A stretch of DNA of 47,946 nt from the NCBI RefSeq assembly GCF_001194135.2, contig NC_068982.1, positions 103,235,345-103,283,290 of the forward strand, read 5' to 3'. Position numbers and translations under genes: made by a program. Below are positions 33,631 to 43,290 of the stretch, in pieces (the stretch's first letter is position 1; every line of letters begins with the position of its first letter). Source of the stretch: Octopus bimaculoides (lineage: Eukaryota). The notes under the pieces are model-generated. The model made no database searches. It was not told the DNA's origin and saw only the letters and a program-made list of their open reading frames with translations.

Positions 33631-36600
33631 GTTGTCTACTCCTTATACAGAGTTTGACCACCTCTTGTACCTACACTTTAGAACCATCATGGCATCTAAT
33701 GTGGCTTTTTAAACCAGTGTTTTGAAAAGACACCCACATTGACTGCATATCCGATTTGGACCACCGAGAGCTTTAGTTAAGTTCCGATCTTTGTGGATCT
33801 TAAAATATCATTTGAGGCCTCCATTAGATTTGCAGCCCTTTTGGCATACATTGCACTGAAAGGTGTGTACAGACATAGAAGCAGAATAGTTGGTGGAAGT
33901 TTGTTTTTCATGGGTTCGCAAATGAGATTTGAGCCTAGCAAAAGAAAGACATGGTCTGTTACAAACCGTGAGCACAAAAAGGTCATTGTAATTCGCCTTC
34001 TTGATCGTAAAATTCTTATATAACATGTTTACGTCCACTTTTCTCCATGCGGTATAGGGTTGAACGGATTTTTTTTAAGGCAGACTGTGGTAAGGATGGA
34101 TGCCTTTCCTAGTACTTCTTAACGAGACGCAAGGATAGTGTGCCTAATCTAAAAACCAGGGTACTCACCACACACACTAAGCATTGTCATTAAGTTTTCG
34201 GATTGGCAAGATCTTTTTTCTTAACTCGTGCCACTAAATTGTCTGTGCCTCGACTTATGACAAAAGTCTATCCCAATACATATGCTAAAACAAGGTAACA
34301 ATTACTGTTGTTTGTTCACAAAGATCTAAATGAGAAAAGCCTAACAAAATACAGTTTGACAAGTTAGCTTCTTATGGCAACAACGAGCGAAAATAATCAT
34401 CCTAATTCACGAGAAACTTTATTTTTGACGTTCACTATCGATTACCGACAAATTAATTCGTGAGAAAGAAAAAAAAAACTTTTTAAAAGTTCGCATCAAG
34501 TTTAATGAGTATTCCAAACGACTGATCCGAAGGCAAATTTTGTGAACCCGAAGGATGACACGAGAAATACTAATTTTAATCAGTATGACGAGAGGGAGTA
34601 TAATCGAAAGAATTCCTTTGCGAGTTGTTAAAAACAAAACAAGTCGTTCCCAGTGTTATGCAATGTATAAGAACATTTAAATGAAAGAAAAGTTGATTGC
34701 GAAATATTCCCGTAGTCACTGAGCAGATCATCTAATAACTTGAGGCCTGCACCAATTTCAGATTTTAAGCACGAAATAAGTTTCATAGAACCTTTTTTTG
34801 CCTTGAATTAAGTATAACTTTCGAAAGTCGTAAGCTTTTAATGAATGAATTTAACCAGTAAGCAAAACGCCACACATTTATACGTTCACTTAGATGTAGG
34901 AGTGCAGTCACCGAGATCTGTTTTAATGTAACCTAATGTAGCTGTTTGTTTTATCGGCATTAATAGTCAAAACCGACTAAATTCCAACTCAAAACGTAAT
35001 AGTGAGAGGTCACGTCGTTTCTAAATGAGACAACGGAGACACCTCTGCCAGGCCGTTTGGTTTGTTAGAAATAGCAAACTGCCCACGAATCACATTCCGT
35101 CATCATAAAAAGAGAAAAGCATATATACCCTTAAAAGACGAGATGATCAAGGTCGGAAAGTAATTTATCAAAGTTCTGTTCAATTATGGTTGACTTAAAG
35201 AAAGAACTCCAAGAGGCCTCTAGATCAGTGTTTCTCAATCATTTTTTTTTTTTTTTATACTTTTGGATCACTTTGATCCTCGATTATTTTACTCACATTA
35301 TTCTACTCCTAGTCATTCGGTGTTCAAAAAATCCCATCATATTTTTTTATAATTAAATATTATTAGGAACTGTATTCAGAAAATTGTTAAATATTTTGTG
35401 TGTTATAGAAGTATAACCAATTCATTGCAGATAACAACACAATCTTATATGGACCCCGATCGAGAACCACAGCACGAGACAGTCACTCAGTCCCTAAAAA
35501 ATATCAGCGAAGTTTCCCTCAAATCAGACCTTACAGTCTTATTAGAGAATTAAAGACACCGGTTAATGAATTACTGGATATACAAAAATACAGGCTGGTC
35601 AAGGCCGACACGCCTTTGATCGTGGGTCTACTCGATCAAGGCTGACTTGAGACTCAACAATAACAAAATTAGGTCTACTGATAATTTTTAAACCGTTGTT
35701 TCATATCCAATCGTATTAACCAAGTCAACAATTAAACAATAAATTCTACTCGGAGCATGTTCTATTGATTTGGCTAATACGATTACACATACACATACAT
35801 AATATGTGTGTGTGTGTGAGAGAGAATGAGCTGAAGTGGCAAATGTTTGATTGTCTCCTTGAAATGTCTAACGGAGACGAAATCTTGTTTTTGTTTTTGA
35901 CATGTCGAGAAAAATATTCATCAAGTGTACATCAAACGTGGAAACGTGATTTAACTAAGTTACGTAACAAAATGATAGCAATTGATCAGGGGTTAACATA
36001 AGCATCATACCCACACAATATATATATATATACACACACACACTCATACGTACATACACATGTATATAATGGCGTCCGGAATATCGAGTAGTCACGCCTG
36101 GTAACCAGCCAGTGTGTACACATTAACATCACTATTTTATACAGTTTTCTTTCAGACGTTTTAAAAAATAAGCTCAGCTTAATATCAATTCTGAGAAGAA
36201 TTCAAGCAATTAATCTCCAAAATGAATTTTACGAACAAATTTAGTTCAGAAAATCTATCGAGAAAATAGTGCGTAAAACAGCGCCCCACGTGGTGCTAAG
36301 AGAAACTCAACTCACGTTTACAAGTCTTGAACATTCAGTTCTAACATCCCTTACATTAAAAATAATTTTTTCAAAAGTTAAATGTTTATGTAGATTAAAA
36401 ATGTTAATTACTGCTCGATTTCCAACTGTTGTCACTAGACATTAAATTCTTGGATGTGTAGATATATATTATTGAATACGTGTTCATGTTATATAACAGA
36501 CTTACAGAATCTAGCAAGGATCATGTGTTTGTAAACTTGAGAATATTGATTTCTAATATAGGCACAAGCCGCTACTGTAAGATAAACTGCTTAGTAAACA

Positions 36601-37951
36601 TCTTTTATTATTATTTCATATCTATCAAACACTAATGAAATGGACAATCAACTATATTGTTTATTACACAGAATCGCCGAATACGCAGTTGAGGAACAAA
36701 ATAAGAGGGGATACAGAAATGTCTATTTCGATGAAGCAGACAATAAAAAATAACAACACTATAAGTTAAACTGTTGTTTCTATCGATCAGAGTAAAGGGA
36801 CATGAGATTTTCGGTTGGAATTATTGTTATGTCAAAACAAACTAAAACTTAATAGTGATAAAGATATTTCTAACACATTTGACTATAAACACACCTAGTT
36901 ATTAACTACTGGCACATGTAAACTAAGTAGGAAGGTAGTTGGAATGGATATAATTAACTCAGCTTTCAACAGCAAATAACCTCCATCAAATCACTTGGAG
37001 ACACATTTGACTAGTTTGTTATGAGAATAGTGCAGCCATTTTACCGATATTTTTGTTGTTTAGTTATCTAATACTAACAGTTAACTAAACACTTCAACCT
37101 TAGTGAAGGTCGAAATGGTTTAACCAATCTAGACAAAGCAATTGGCGCTGCAATCGGGAAATTAAGTGCGATTCTAAATAGAAAACTTTTAAGTCAGTGA
37201 CCGAAACATCAAGGACGACCTTCATAGGTGTTAACCATGTGGCGGGGAAAATCATATCTATATATCATTGTACAAAGAATATTGAATTACAATACAAGCA
37301 TGCAATATGCAATAAAAGTGGGCTTGTAATAATACCGGCACACTAATACCGTTAGCCGTTAAAACTATTACAATAAACCTGAATAAGTGAAAGTAATACA
37401 CGTTGATTTAATACGATAACAAGGCCTTATTCGTACAGAAATCAAGATCCTTTATGGTATAGTAAACTTTGAAGAACATACTAAGAAAAAGAGATGATGG
37501 AACGTGGGTGAAAACGTGTCCAAGTCACAGTAGATACGGAGGAAATGTCATCCGTTAGTTGGTAAAATAACTGAGAATTAAAGGTTAACTAAAGTTATAA
37601 TAACAGACCGGTGTGAATTAGTAATCTATGGAATAGGTGAATGGGGCGAAAAGCTGTAAGAATTCTTTGCAAGAGTGGAATCTGATTAACAGGTAGGATG
37701 TCTTGATGAGAGTGCATGTGAAAGAGAGAGAGAAAAGTTGAGGTACATACTTTGATACAGTCGATCGGGTACATAACGGTGTGCTCCAAAATCCCGGCAG
37801 CAGCACCTGCCATCATGTGAGTCACATTTCTGGCAGATGACGGTAACGCTTCATAGGGGTTGTCGTCGGCCCTTTGCAAATATGCCAAAGACGGTGTCGG
37901 AGAGGAGCTGTTGACAACAACACCTCCACCTCCACTGTCATCAACCAGCAT
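11998..37951 (-). CDS. mfrn: Mitoferrin (mitochondrial iron carrier, SLC25A37/SLC25A28 family), complete 4-exon CDS, 342 aa
   Basis: join(37751..37951,22035..22254,16214..16270,11998..12548) = 201+220+57+551 = 1029 nt, in frame, all introns GT-AG (phases 0,1,1). Three carrier signatures PIDCIKTR, PADVIKQR and PLDVCKTL; mitoferrin-typical [44 protein letters not shown] and [16 protein letters not shown]. Confidence 0.97.
12930..13960 (+). mobile_element. Decayed RTE LINE reverse transcriptase/thumb/3' region in intron 3
   Basis: [11 protein letters not shown] (degenerate YADD), GGLKVNLGK and [16 protein letters not shown]...[10 protein letters not shown] motifs, same family as 25400-26130. 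Confidence 0.75.
15871..16077. mobile_element. piggyBac-type MITE, complete with TTAA TSD
   Basis: TTAA(15867-70)|CCCTTTAGTATT ... AATGCTAAAGGG|TTAA(16078-81); interior collinear with 28242-28495 and inverted at 43330-43558. Confidence 0.85.
16214..16270 (-). CDS. mfrn: Mitoferrin exon 3 (57 nt)
   Basis: Acceptor TACTCTTCAG|TC, donor GATG|GTGAG; encodes (V)[18 protein letters not shown]. Confidence 0.95.
17575..18005 (-). mobile_element. Possible 5' end of a piggyBac-like element (acidic N-terminal ORF remnant)
   Basis: Minus strand starts TTAA|CCCTGTCATGC at 18009-17995; from ATG 17772: [35 protein letters not shown], then after a frameshift [19 protein letters not shown]. Both TGA stops could be decayed CGA. 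No catalytic domain or second TIR seen. Confidence 0.35.
19445..19625 (+). mobile_element. SINE family B, 5' half
   Basis: GCAGACAGTACTGTGTAGTTAAGAAGCTCGCTTTACAACCACAT...GGTTCAGTC...TGTCTTCTACTATAGC...GTGAATTTGGTAGACAG, then (GT)n. Confidence 0.75.
20130..20945 (+). pseudogene. DNA transposase C-terminal remnant and right end, Chapaev3/CMC-like
   Basis: [15 protein letters not shown]..., frameshifted HFLHSHLDY, then EQRERF-QDI...[21 protein letters not shown]; element appears to end AAAATTGTTGCCCTGTG (20945), fitting CAC...GTG termini. Superfamily assignment is from memory of the motif. Confidence 0.65.
20950..21070 (-). mobile_element. tRNA-derived SINE family D fragment
   Basis: GGATGAAAGGCAAAGGTGACC...ATTTGAACTTAGAA...CTCTGCCAACC; same as 22705-22878. 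Confidence 0.65.
22035..22254 (-). CDS. mfrn: Mitoferrin exon 2 (220 nt)
   Basis: Acceptor TTTTTTTCTCTTTTCTAG|ACA AGA ATG, donor AAT G|GTAGA; [16 protein letters not shown]...[18 protein letters not shown]...QQLAN. Confidence 0.96.
22705..22878 (-). mobile_element. tRNA-derived SINE family D
   Basis: Minus-strand head GCTGGCAGAATCGTTAGCAC...GAGTTCAAATTCC followed by the core GGTCAACTATGCCTTTCATCCTTTTGGGGTTGATGAAATAGTACCAGTT. Confidence 0.75.
22867..23012. repeat. Tandem duplication, 2 x 73 bp
   Basis: Units 22867-22939 and 22940-23012 differ at two positions. Confidence 0.95.
23036..23704 (-). mobile_element. RTE LINE, 5'-truncated at the end of ORF2, with complete modular 3' UTR
   Basis: Minus strand reads [18 protein letters not shown], then tandem UTR modules, palindrome 23066-23079 and (GAT)n tail; CpG-rich, so relatively young. 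Confidence 0.88.
25400..26442 (+). mobile_element. RTE LINE 3' kilobase (Cys-rich segment, thumb, ORF2 end) joined to the AGGAAGGGCATCCA...(GAT)n tail
   Basis: [18 protein letters not shown]-like and [11 protein letters not shown] motifs, LHGSETW and GRPRKT-like C-terminal motifs, then TTAGGAAGGGCATCCATCTGTAGAAACC...CCAACCCATGCTAGC...GGACATTAAATGATGATGAAGATG. Confidence 0.85.
27846..27867. repeat. (GT)n microsatellite
   Basis: Direct reading. Confidence 0.9.
28242..28495. mobile_element. piggyBac-type MITE, degenerate copy
   Basis: TTAACTCTCTAGCATTCAGATT...GTAGAATATTTGGGCCAGATATGGCAGGTTTAAATACCAAAGAGATAA; same orientation as 15871-16077. Confidence 0.8.
29151..29430 (-). mobile_element. SINE family B
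   Basis: TTACTTGCTTCAGTCATT...GCCTTGAAGGG...GTAAACAAACCAACATTGG...CAGTGGGACTGAACCCAGAAGCATGTGG. Confidence 0.8.
30290..30625 (-). mobile_element. Decayed RTE LINE 3' ORF fragment
   Basis: Minus strand LETVDG...TTGGGC...KKFRELL...VMLHG-like residues, matching the 13400-13550 and 25680-25800 segments. Confidence 0.6.
31890..32090 (+). mobile_element. Short interspersed repeat family C
   Basis: CTGCTAGAAATAGCAGCTAAATCT...GGTCATGGCTGG...GCTGACC-like...AATAACA tail. Confidence 0.65.
32783..32845. repeat. Compound (CATA)n(TA)n microsatellite
   Basis: Direct reading. Confidence 0.95.
33571..33627. repeat. (GT)4(AT)n microsatellite
   Basis: Direct reading; abuts the 3' end of the zinc-finger-bearing element. 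Confidence 0.95.
33628..34070 (-). pseudogene. Decayed ORF end with three spaced C2H2 zinc-finger motifs, probably a LINE 3' terminus
   Basis: [41 protein letters not shown] and [11 protein letters not shown]-(frameshift)-GLKSHIRCH; no TGEKP linkers; ends directly in a (TA)n run. Confidence 0.6.
35040..35205 (+). mobile_element. Short interspersed repeat family C (second copy at ~35490-35670)
   Basis: TGTTAGAAATAGCAAACTG...GATGATCAAGGTCGG; second copy ...CCCTCAAATCAGACC...GCCTTTGATCGTGGGTCTACTCGATCAAGGCTGAC...CAACAATAACA. Confidence 0.6.
35226..35472. mobile_element. hAT (Charlie-like) MITE
   Basis: Termini CAGTGTTTCTCAA and TCGAGAACCACAG (imperfect TIR); left flank CTCTAGAT matches the Charlie NTCTAGAN target preference; right flank CACGAGAC matches it at 5/8. 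Confidence 0.7.
37751..37951 (-). CDS. mfrn: Mitoferrin exon 1, coding part (67 codons)
   Basis: ATG at 37951 (GAG ATG C); [10 protein letters not shown]...[36 protein letters not shown]; donor AAA|GTATGT at 37751/37750. The ORF track begins 7 codons earlier at a TTG, which I do not take as the start. Confidence 0.95.
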
Positions 37952-37952
37952 C

Positions 37953-37979
37953 TCAATTGATAATAAAGACAATCTTCAT
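37953..37979 (-). promoter_or_regulatory. Candidate upstream [11 protein letters not shown]
   Basis: ATG AAG ATT GTC TTT ATT ATC AAT TGA, stop one nucleotide before the mitoferrin ATG; functional only if included in the 5' UTR. Confidence 0.55.
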
Positions 37980-38282
37980 TCGTTCAGAGTTTGTAATAGA
38001 ATAGTCAGAGAGAAAGGTAGAAGGAAAGAAAGAATGATCGGCTTCTACCTTAATCTCTGTTGTTTAACACTTATATTCCGAATAAGAGTGTGGTAAAAAA
38101 ACATTTTGGAATAATATATATATATAATTTTGTTTTGCGTTTTATCTTTTTTACCTTTCCGAGAAAAGTGACTTTAGAAACGACCAAAATTAGAGTGTGG
38201 TGCTGTCATAAAGTGAATGAAGACGCTCATTGGACTATTCTTAAACCACCACTGAAATTAGCATATATCCTGTTCGAGTGTT

Positions 38283-38447
38283 TCTCGCGAAAGAATAACA
38301 TCGATACCAACGACTCCACCGGGTTGGTAAAGGACTGGCATGGAGAAAGTAAAGGGGAGAAGTTAGGTTGGTTGACTGTGTGAGGAGGGAGGAGTTAAGC
38401 GCACATTAGGCATGCGTATGATTTATTTAACTTCCGGTTAAGCACGT
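38283..38447. promoter_or_regulatory. Candidate TATA-less core promoter motif cluster
   Basis: TCTCGCGAAA (38283-92, CGCG-box-like), CATCGATA (38299-306, DRE-like), GCATGCG (38410-16, NRF1 core), ACTTCCGG (38430-37, ETS/GABP) and CACGT (38443-47), 330-500 bp upstream of the ATG in CpG-retaining sequence. Confidence 0.5.
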
Positions 38448-40220
38448 CCTTCGTAGAGGAGATTTGTCAACTTTTGCATTTTTGTTGTTAATTCGCAATA
38501 AATGTTTCGTTTATTTATTTTTTTTAAAGTCGGTAATATAATACCATTGTAAGCTCAAATAAAGTTTGGTTCTCTTAACTTCTCCCCTGTGCGTCTCTGT
38601 TTTATTTTACTTATACATTTAGGATGGCATGAATGTCTCAACATCCCATTTTCTGCTTTATAAATCTAAATTCCTGTTCCTTTAAAAAAAAACCAGCATG
38701 AATTTCCTTTACCTTGAAGAAAGTATGAACGTCACAACATCCCATTTCCTCTTCCAGAAAATATGATAGGTTTTGTTTTTGCATAATAGTTTGTAATGTG
38801 AAACTGAAGTTTTTTTTTTTTAATTTGGTTGAAAGAATGGGTGTTACCCATATCTTTTTTCGCTTTTTTTTTTTTTTCAACTATAGGTAAAATTAGTAAA
38901 TATGAAATGAGTTTCACTAAGTGAAAAGGTGTGGTGAGAAGTTTAGTATGGGTTGTAGAAAGCGTGACAAGTTGTTTAGTTGTCAGTACCTATACAGAAC
39001 TATATCAAGAGCATTGCAGCTACGAACATCTCTGTACCTTGAAGTACATCAGTCAGTGCCTCCTTCATTTTTAAAAGATATTGAGATAAAATTTGAAGAA
39101 AATATAACTGCTATTTCTAACAGGACAAGTGAGCACATAGTCTCCTTAAATATAATATAGTTGGTGAGCAAATACCTTCAGTAGGTTTGAAAAGAAAAAT
39201 TCATAGAAAACATTTTCAAGTCAGGAGAAAATAAAAGACAATAGACAAGGCTTGAACTGACTTTCAAGCAGGCAGTCTAGTTCTGAAAAAATACAGAAAA
39301 TATAAATGCATTGTAAACTCCAGATGGTTTGTAATGACTACTGCTAACCTTCAGTCTATGGCATAAAGCAAACAAGAAAGAAATTTCCTTCCGAATTGGT
39401 ATCAGTATATCTCAGGCGAACTGGTATTCCTTATAATTAGAGGAACAGAGGCAACATAGAATAATATGTTTTGTCCAGAAAAACAAAATATCAACTGCAC
39501 AAAAGAACTCATGGCCTATGAGCAAATAATCTACACACTAACTTACTACTAAATATTCTGATTATTGTTTAAAACAAGCAGGGTAACCTTTTTCAAAAAG
39601 TGGGCTCTTTATCAGGTGGGCTGTACAACTAAGAAAATTTAAGGTAATTTTTTGTTAGGCATATCATTCAGAAAGTCTGAATATTGCAGGCTACAGTTTG
39701 CTCATGGTCTGAAATGTGTTTGTTTATCTTAGAACACATTATTTCAGATGTGCAAACATTTTCAAAGAGAAAATAAGTATGGACTCCACTCCTTCAATGT
39801 ATTCTAACTGGTATGGAAATTTCTTGTATAAGCAGTGGCCTACCATTACATATTCTATCACTGCTTCTTCTACAGCCTCTACTCCTAATTTTGTCAATTG
39901 TATACATTCACATGAACACCCATCCAATGTGTCCATCACACACAAACACTCCAAAAATGAATAGGAACACAGCAGTTACTGTTACTTACTAAACAAAAAC
40001 AGTTCACTGATGTGTGCAAGCAAAATTTTACAGATTATTAACAGAATTTTACTTTGTTTTTCTGAGTATCATAAAAAGAGCTTTGGGATAGGATCATTTG
40101 AATCAAACTCCTTATATTATTGATAGCTCTTTTATTGATCTTGGTGAAATTTTCCTTCAAGATAACATAGCATTAAACTCATTCTAAAATCTAGTATTCT
40201 ACTCAATCAGATATCCTCTA

Positions 40221-40613
40221 TCTTTTACTTCTTTCAATCATTAGACTAGGCCATACTGGGGTACTGCCTTGAAGAATTTTATTCAAATGAATTTATCTCA
40301 GTCCTTATTCTATTGGTCTAGTCCTTATCCTACTGGGATTTTTTTCTTTTTTTTTGCTGAACTGCCAAATTATTGTGATGTAAACAAACCAATACTGGTT
40401 GTCAAGTGGTGGTAGGGGACAAACACCACCACAAAGACACACACACACACACACACACACACGTCAGGCTTCTTTCAGTTTCCATCTACCAAATCAACTC
40501 ACGAGGCTTTGGTCAGCCCAAGGCTATAGACACTAGCCCAAGGTGCCATGCAGTGGGACTGAATCCAGAACCATGTGGTTGAGAAGCAAACTTCTTACCT
40601 CACAGCTACACCT
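40221..40613 (-). mobile_element. SINE family B, full length with internal (AC)n
   Basis: Tail TCTTTTACTTCTTTCAATCATTAGACTAGGCCATACTGGGG, (AC)n at ~40437-40461, head CAGTGGGACTGAATCCAGAACCATGTGGTTGAGAAGCAAACTTCTTACCTCACAGCTACACC. Confidence 0.85.
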
Positions 40614-41580
40614 ATATTTATATGGTTGCCATTTTCTTTTAAATATATACAATATAATAATGAACATCTAAGTTAGTTGCAAAGTATTGAACTTGCTGCT
40701 GTAATTTTGCACTATAATTATACTCTCGTGACAGTAAAAAAGAATTCTAGTACTATTTTTGTATAATATTGTACATGTCATGTTAGATATACCCTTTCTT
40801 TCTCATATTACTTCAATCCCTCCAACTTGTCCATTGTGATATGCACATTCATATAATTTCTTTTTACAATTCTTTTGTTGTCAATAAGTGTTGTTCAAAA
40901 GAAAATTCAAGCATGCAAACATATTTAAGAAATTTGACGCCTCTACTCATAGATAAATAAATATATTATACAGACTTTCTTTGAATTAACTGGATAGTTT
41001 CTTTTTCTTCTTCTTCATATGTTAGTCAGTTAGCTGGTAGTTACAAGAGTTCACTGAAATAACTATCATAATTAGCAAACTATATGTCAAGCATAAGAAT
41101 TAAAAAGCTATAATTTAAGCTACAAGAATAATCCACATTGATAAATATTCAACTGAAAATTAACATAAAAGGCATAATTTCTTAAATGGTTCCACAACTT
41201 TGAATATCAACAATCTCCAATTTTAATTGACTATATCTATCATTTAAACTTGAGGCATCTGGCGATGTCAGAAATAATTACCAATATTTCTCATTAATAT
41301 GAATACTTGAATGATATCTGGGGAAAAAAGTGGGGTTTTTTTTTTAATTGCATGCAACTAAAATGTTCTGTCAATTGTTCTCCTGAAAAATATTTAGATC
41401 CAGTTTCCATGCCCATATGTTGGTTGCCAATTAGTTTCCTTACATTTGTAATGGAGAGAAAAGATAAGGGATTGTCTATGCAATTCAAGTGGAACAAATA
41501 CCAAGTAGAGTATTTTTATATGAAAGCACCAGGTTTTTCAATTTTTCAACAATATACAAATACACATGCATACACACAAC

Positions 41581-41825
41581 AGATATATCTATCTATCTAT
41601 GTATTATTTAATAAACACAATATATATTTTTATGAGCTATTAATAGTTTCATGCAATAAAAACATCTCAGACAGCATTTTTTAACATGTTTGGTGCCTTC
41701 ACACAATCCTCAGGCTAGCCTGAAGATTGCATGAAGGCACCAGACATGTTAAAAGGCACCATTGCATGAAACTGTTAGTAGCTCATAAAACTATATATAT
41801 TGTGTTTATTAAATAATATATATCT
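41581..41825. repeat. Long near-perfect palindrome (fold-back), centre 41716/41717
   Basis: Inner arms 41678-41716 and 41717-41754; outer arms ~41601-41657 and 41761-41819; apex CAGGCT|AGCCTG with no spacer. Confidence 0.92.
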
Positions 41826-42239
41826 TTCACCAGATGGAGTACTTTTTTTGTTGATCTTACCATCATTATGTATCTCTCTCTCTCTCTTTCTAGATAGATA
41901 GATAGATAGATAGATCTCTGTAGATTGAAAAAATAACAAACAACATTAATCAATTTTCAAATCTTATTGGGGTCTCATTGGAGGTGTCTACACCACCTAA
42001 CCAATCCCAAAGAAACAAGTAGCCATTCTGTTTCTATGCACAACAAATCTAGTAGCCTCGGAGAACTAGAGTGACTAATTTGCACACTATAAGCACAAGG
42101 TGTAATTCAGAAGTTTTGAAACTTTTTTAGGAGAGGTAGTTATCACTGCTCTATTGTAATTTTAGTATATCATTATTATACATCTAATAAGCAGACCTAA
42201 CAACTTTTCTTTTTTATTCCAAATTGAAGGAAATGGCTG

Positions 42240-43290
42240 CAACAGCACTTTGAACACACCCTGCTAAACACTGCTTATCACAGCTAACTAGTGTGCAGAA
42301 TGCAGTCGAACGTTTGGAAGCTCGTTATGCAATAAAGTTTGGAAGCTCACTATGCAAAAATGCTACAGAAACTCATGAACTGCTCCAGACTGTTTATGGA
42401 TTAACTTTTTTGCAAACACAAGAGGTTCAAGAATGGTAGAAAGGAGGTGAGAGATGATGAGAAGTGTGGGAGGTAGAGGGACATCAGAACATCAGAGCTG
42501 GTTGAGAAAATTCGCAATTTTCTGGATAAAGACCGTTATGTGTCTATAAAGACAATAAGCATATAATTTGGAGTTGCTGTGGCAACTGTATACAGAATTC
42601 TTTATGGAGATCTGAACATACTCAAAATTTGTGTATAGTTTGTTCCTAGAGTGTTCAGTTATGAACAGAAGGAAACATGTATTAGTGACAGCAAGAAGGT
42701 AGTTGAGTTTGTTACCTCCAATCCAAGAGTACATAAGTCTCTGGTGACCAGTGATAAAAGCTGGATCTACTGTTATGATCCAGAGACCAAGAGATATCAT
42801 GCTCAATGGAAGTATCCTGACTCCCCCAGACCCAAGAAAGCTAAGCAAAGCGAGCCCACTGAGAATCAATAGCAAGGGAATCATCTAAATTCATTGAAGT
42901 CCCTCTGGCCAGACAGTCAACAAAGAGTAATTTGTGGAGGTTTTGAGGGAGTTCCAGAAGAGATTTCATCACAATAGGCCAGAGTTTTTCCATTCAGATA
43001 AGTGGCACCTGCATCAGGACAATGCACCAGTCCACAATTCCATCTTGGTAACCAACTACTTGACAGAGATGGGCATCAAAACTACTCCTCACTCTCCCTA
43101 TAGGCCAGACCTTACTCCCTGTGACTTTTGGTTGTTCTCCAATCTGAAGGAGAACCTAAGAGGCAATCATTTTGAAGACACTGAGAAGATGAAGAAAGCT
43201 GTGACAAGAGTCCTGGATACCTTCATTTTGGAGGACTTTCATGGGACTTTCACGAAGTGGCTGGAGTACTGCAAGTCACTCCTGAAAAGT
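42240..43290 (+). pseudogene. Mariner D,D34D transposase remnant (different subfamily from 3635-4480)
   Basis: EARYAIKF, VTSDKSWIYCYDPETK and HQDNAPVH...PYRPDLTPCDFWLF (34 residues between 2nd and 3rd Asp); fragmented over several frames; TIRs not identified. Confidence 0.92.

Noticed and set aside
33808-34038. Member of the tandem Kruppel-type C2H2 gene expansion
   Set aside because: No TGEKP linkers, in-frame stop and frameshift, and it terminates in a microsatellite like a retroposed 3' end.
36279-36295. CTCF site
   Set aside because: GCGCCCCACGTGG is one base short of the core spacing; only the E-box CACGTG is exact.
37925-38260. Iron-responsive element near the 5' end (also checked at ~10478-10483 downstream)
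   Set aside because: Minus-strand CAGUGN loops at ~37932-37937, ~38249-38254 and ~10478-10483 lack the 5-bp upper stem and bulged C.
38921-39160. 79-aa ORF as first coding exon of a divergent gene
   Set aside because: Non-ATG start, and its 3' half (AACTGCTATTTCTAACAGG) is a family C repeat remnant.
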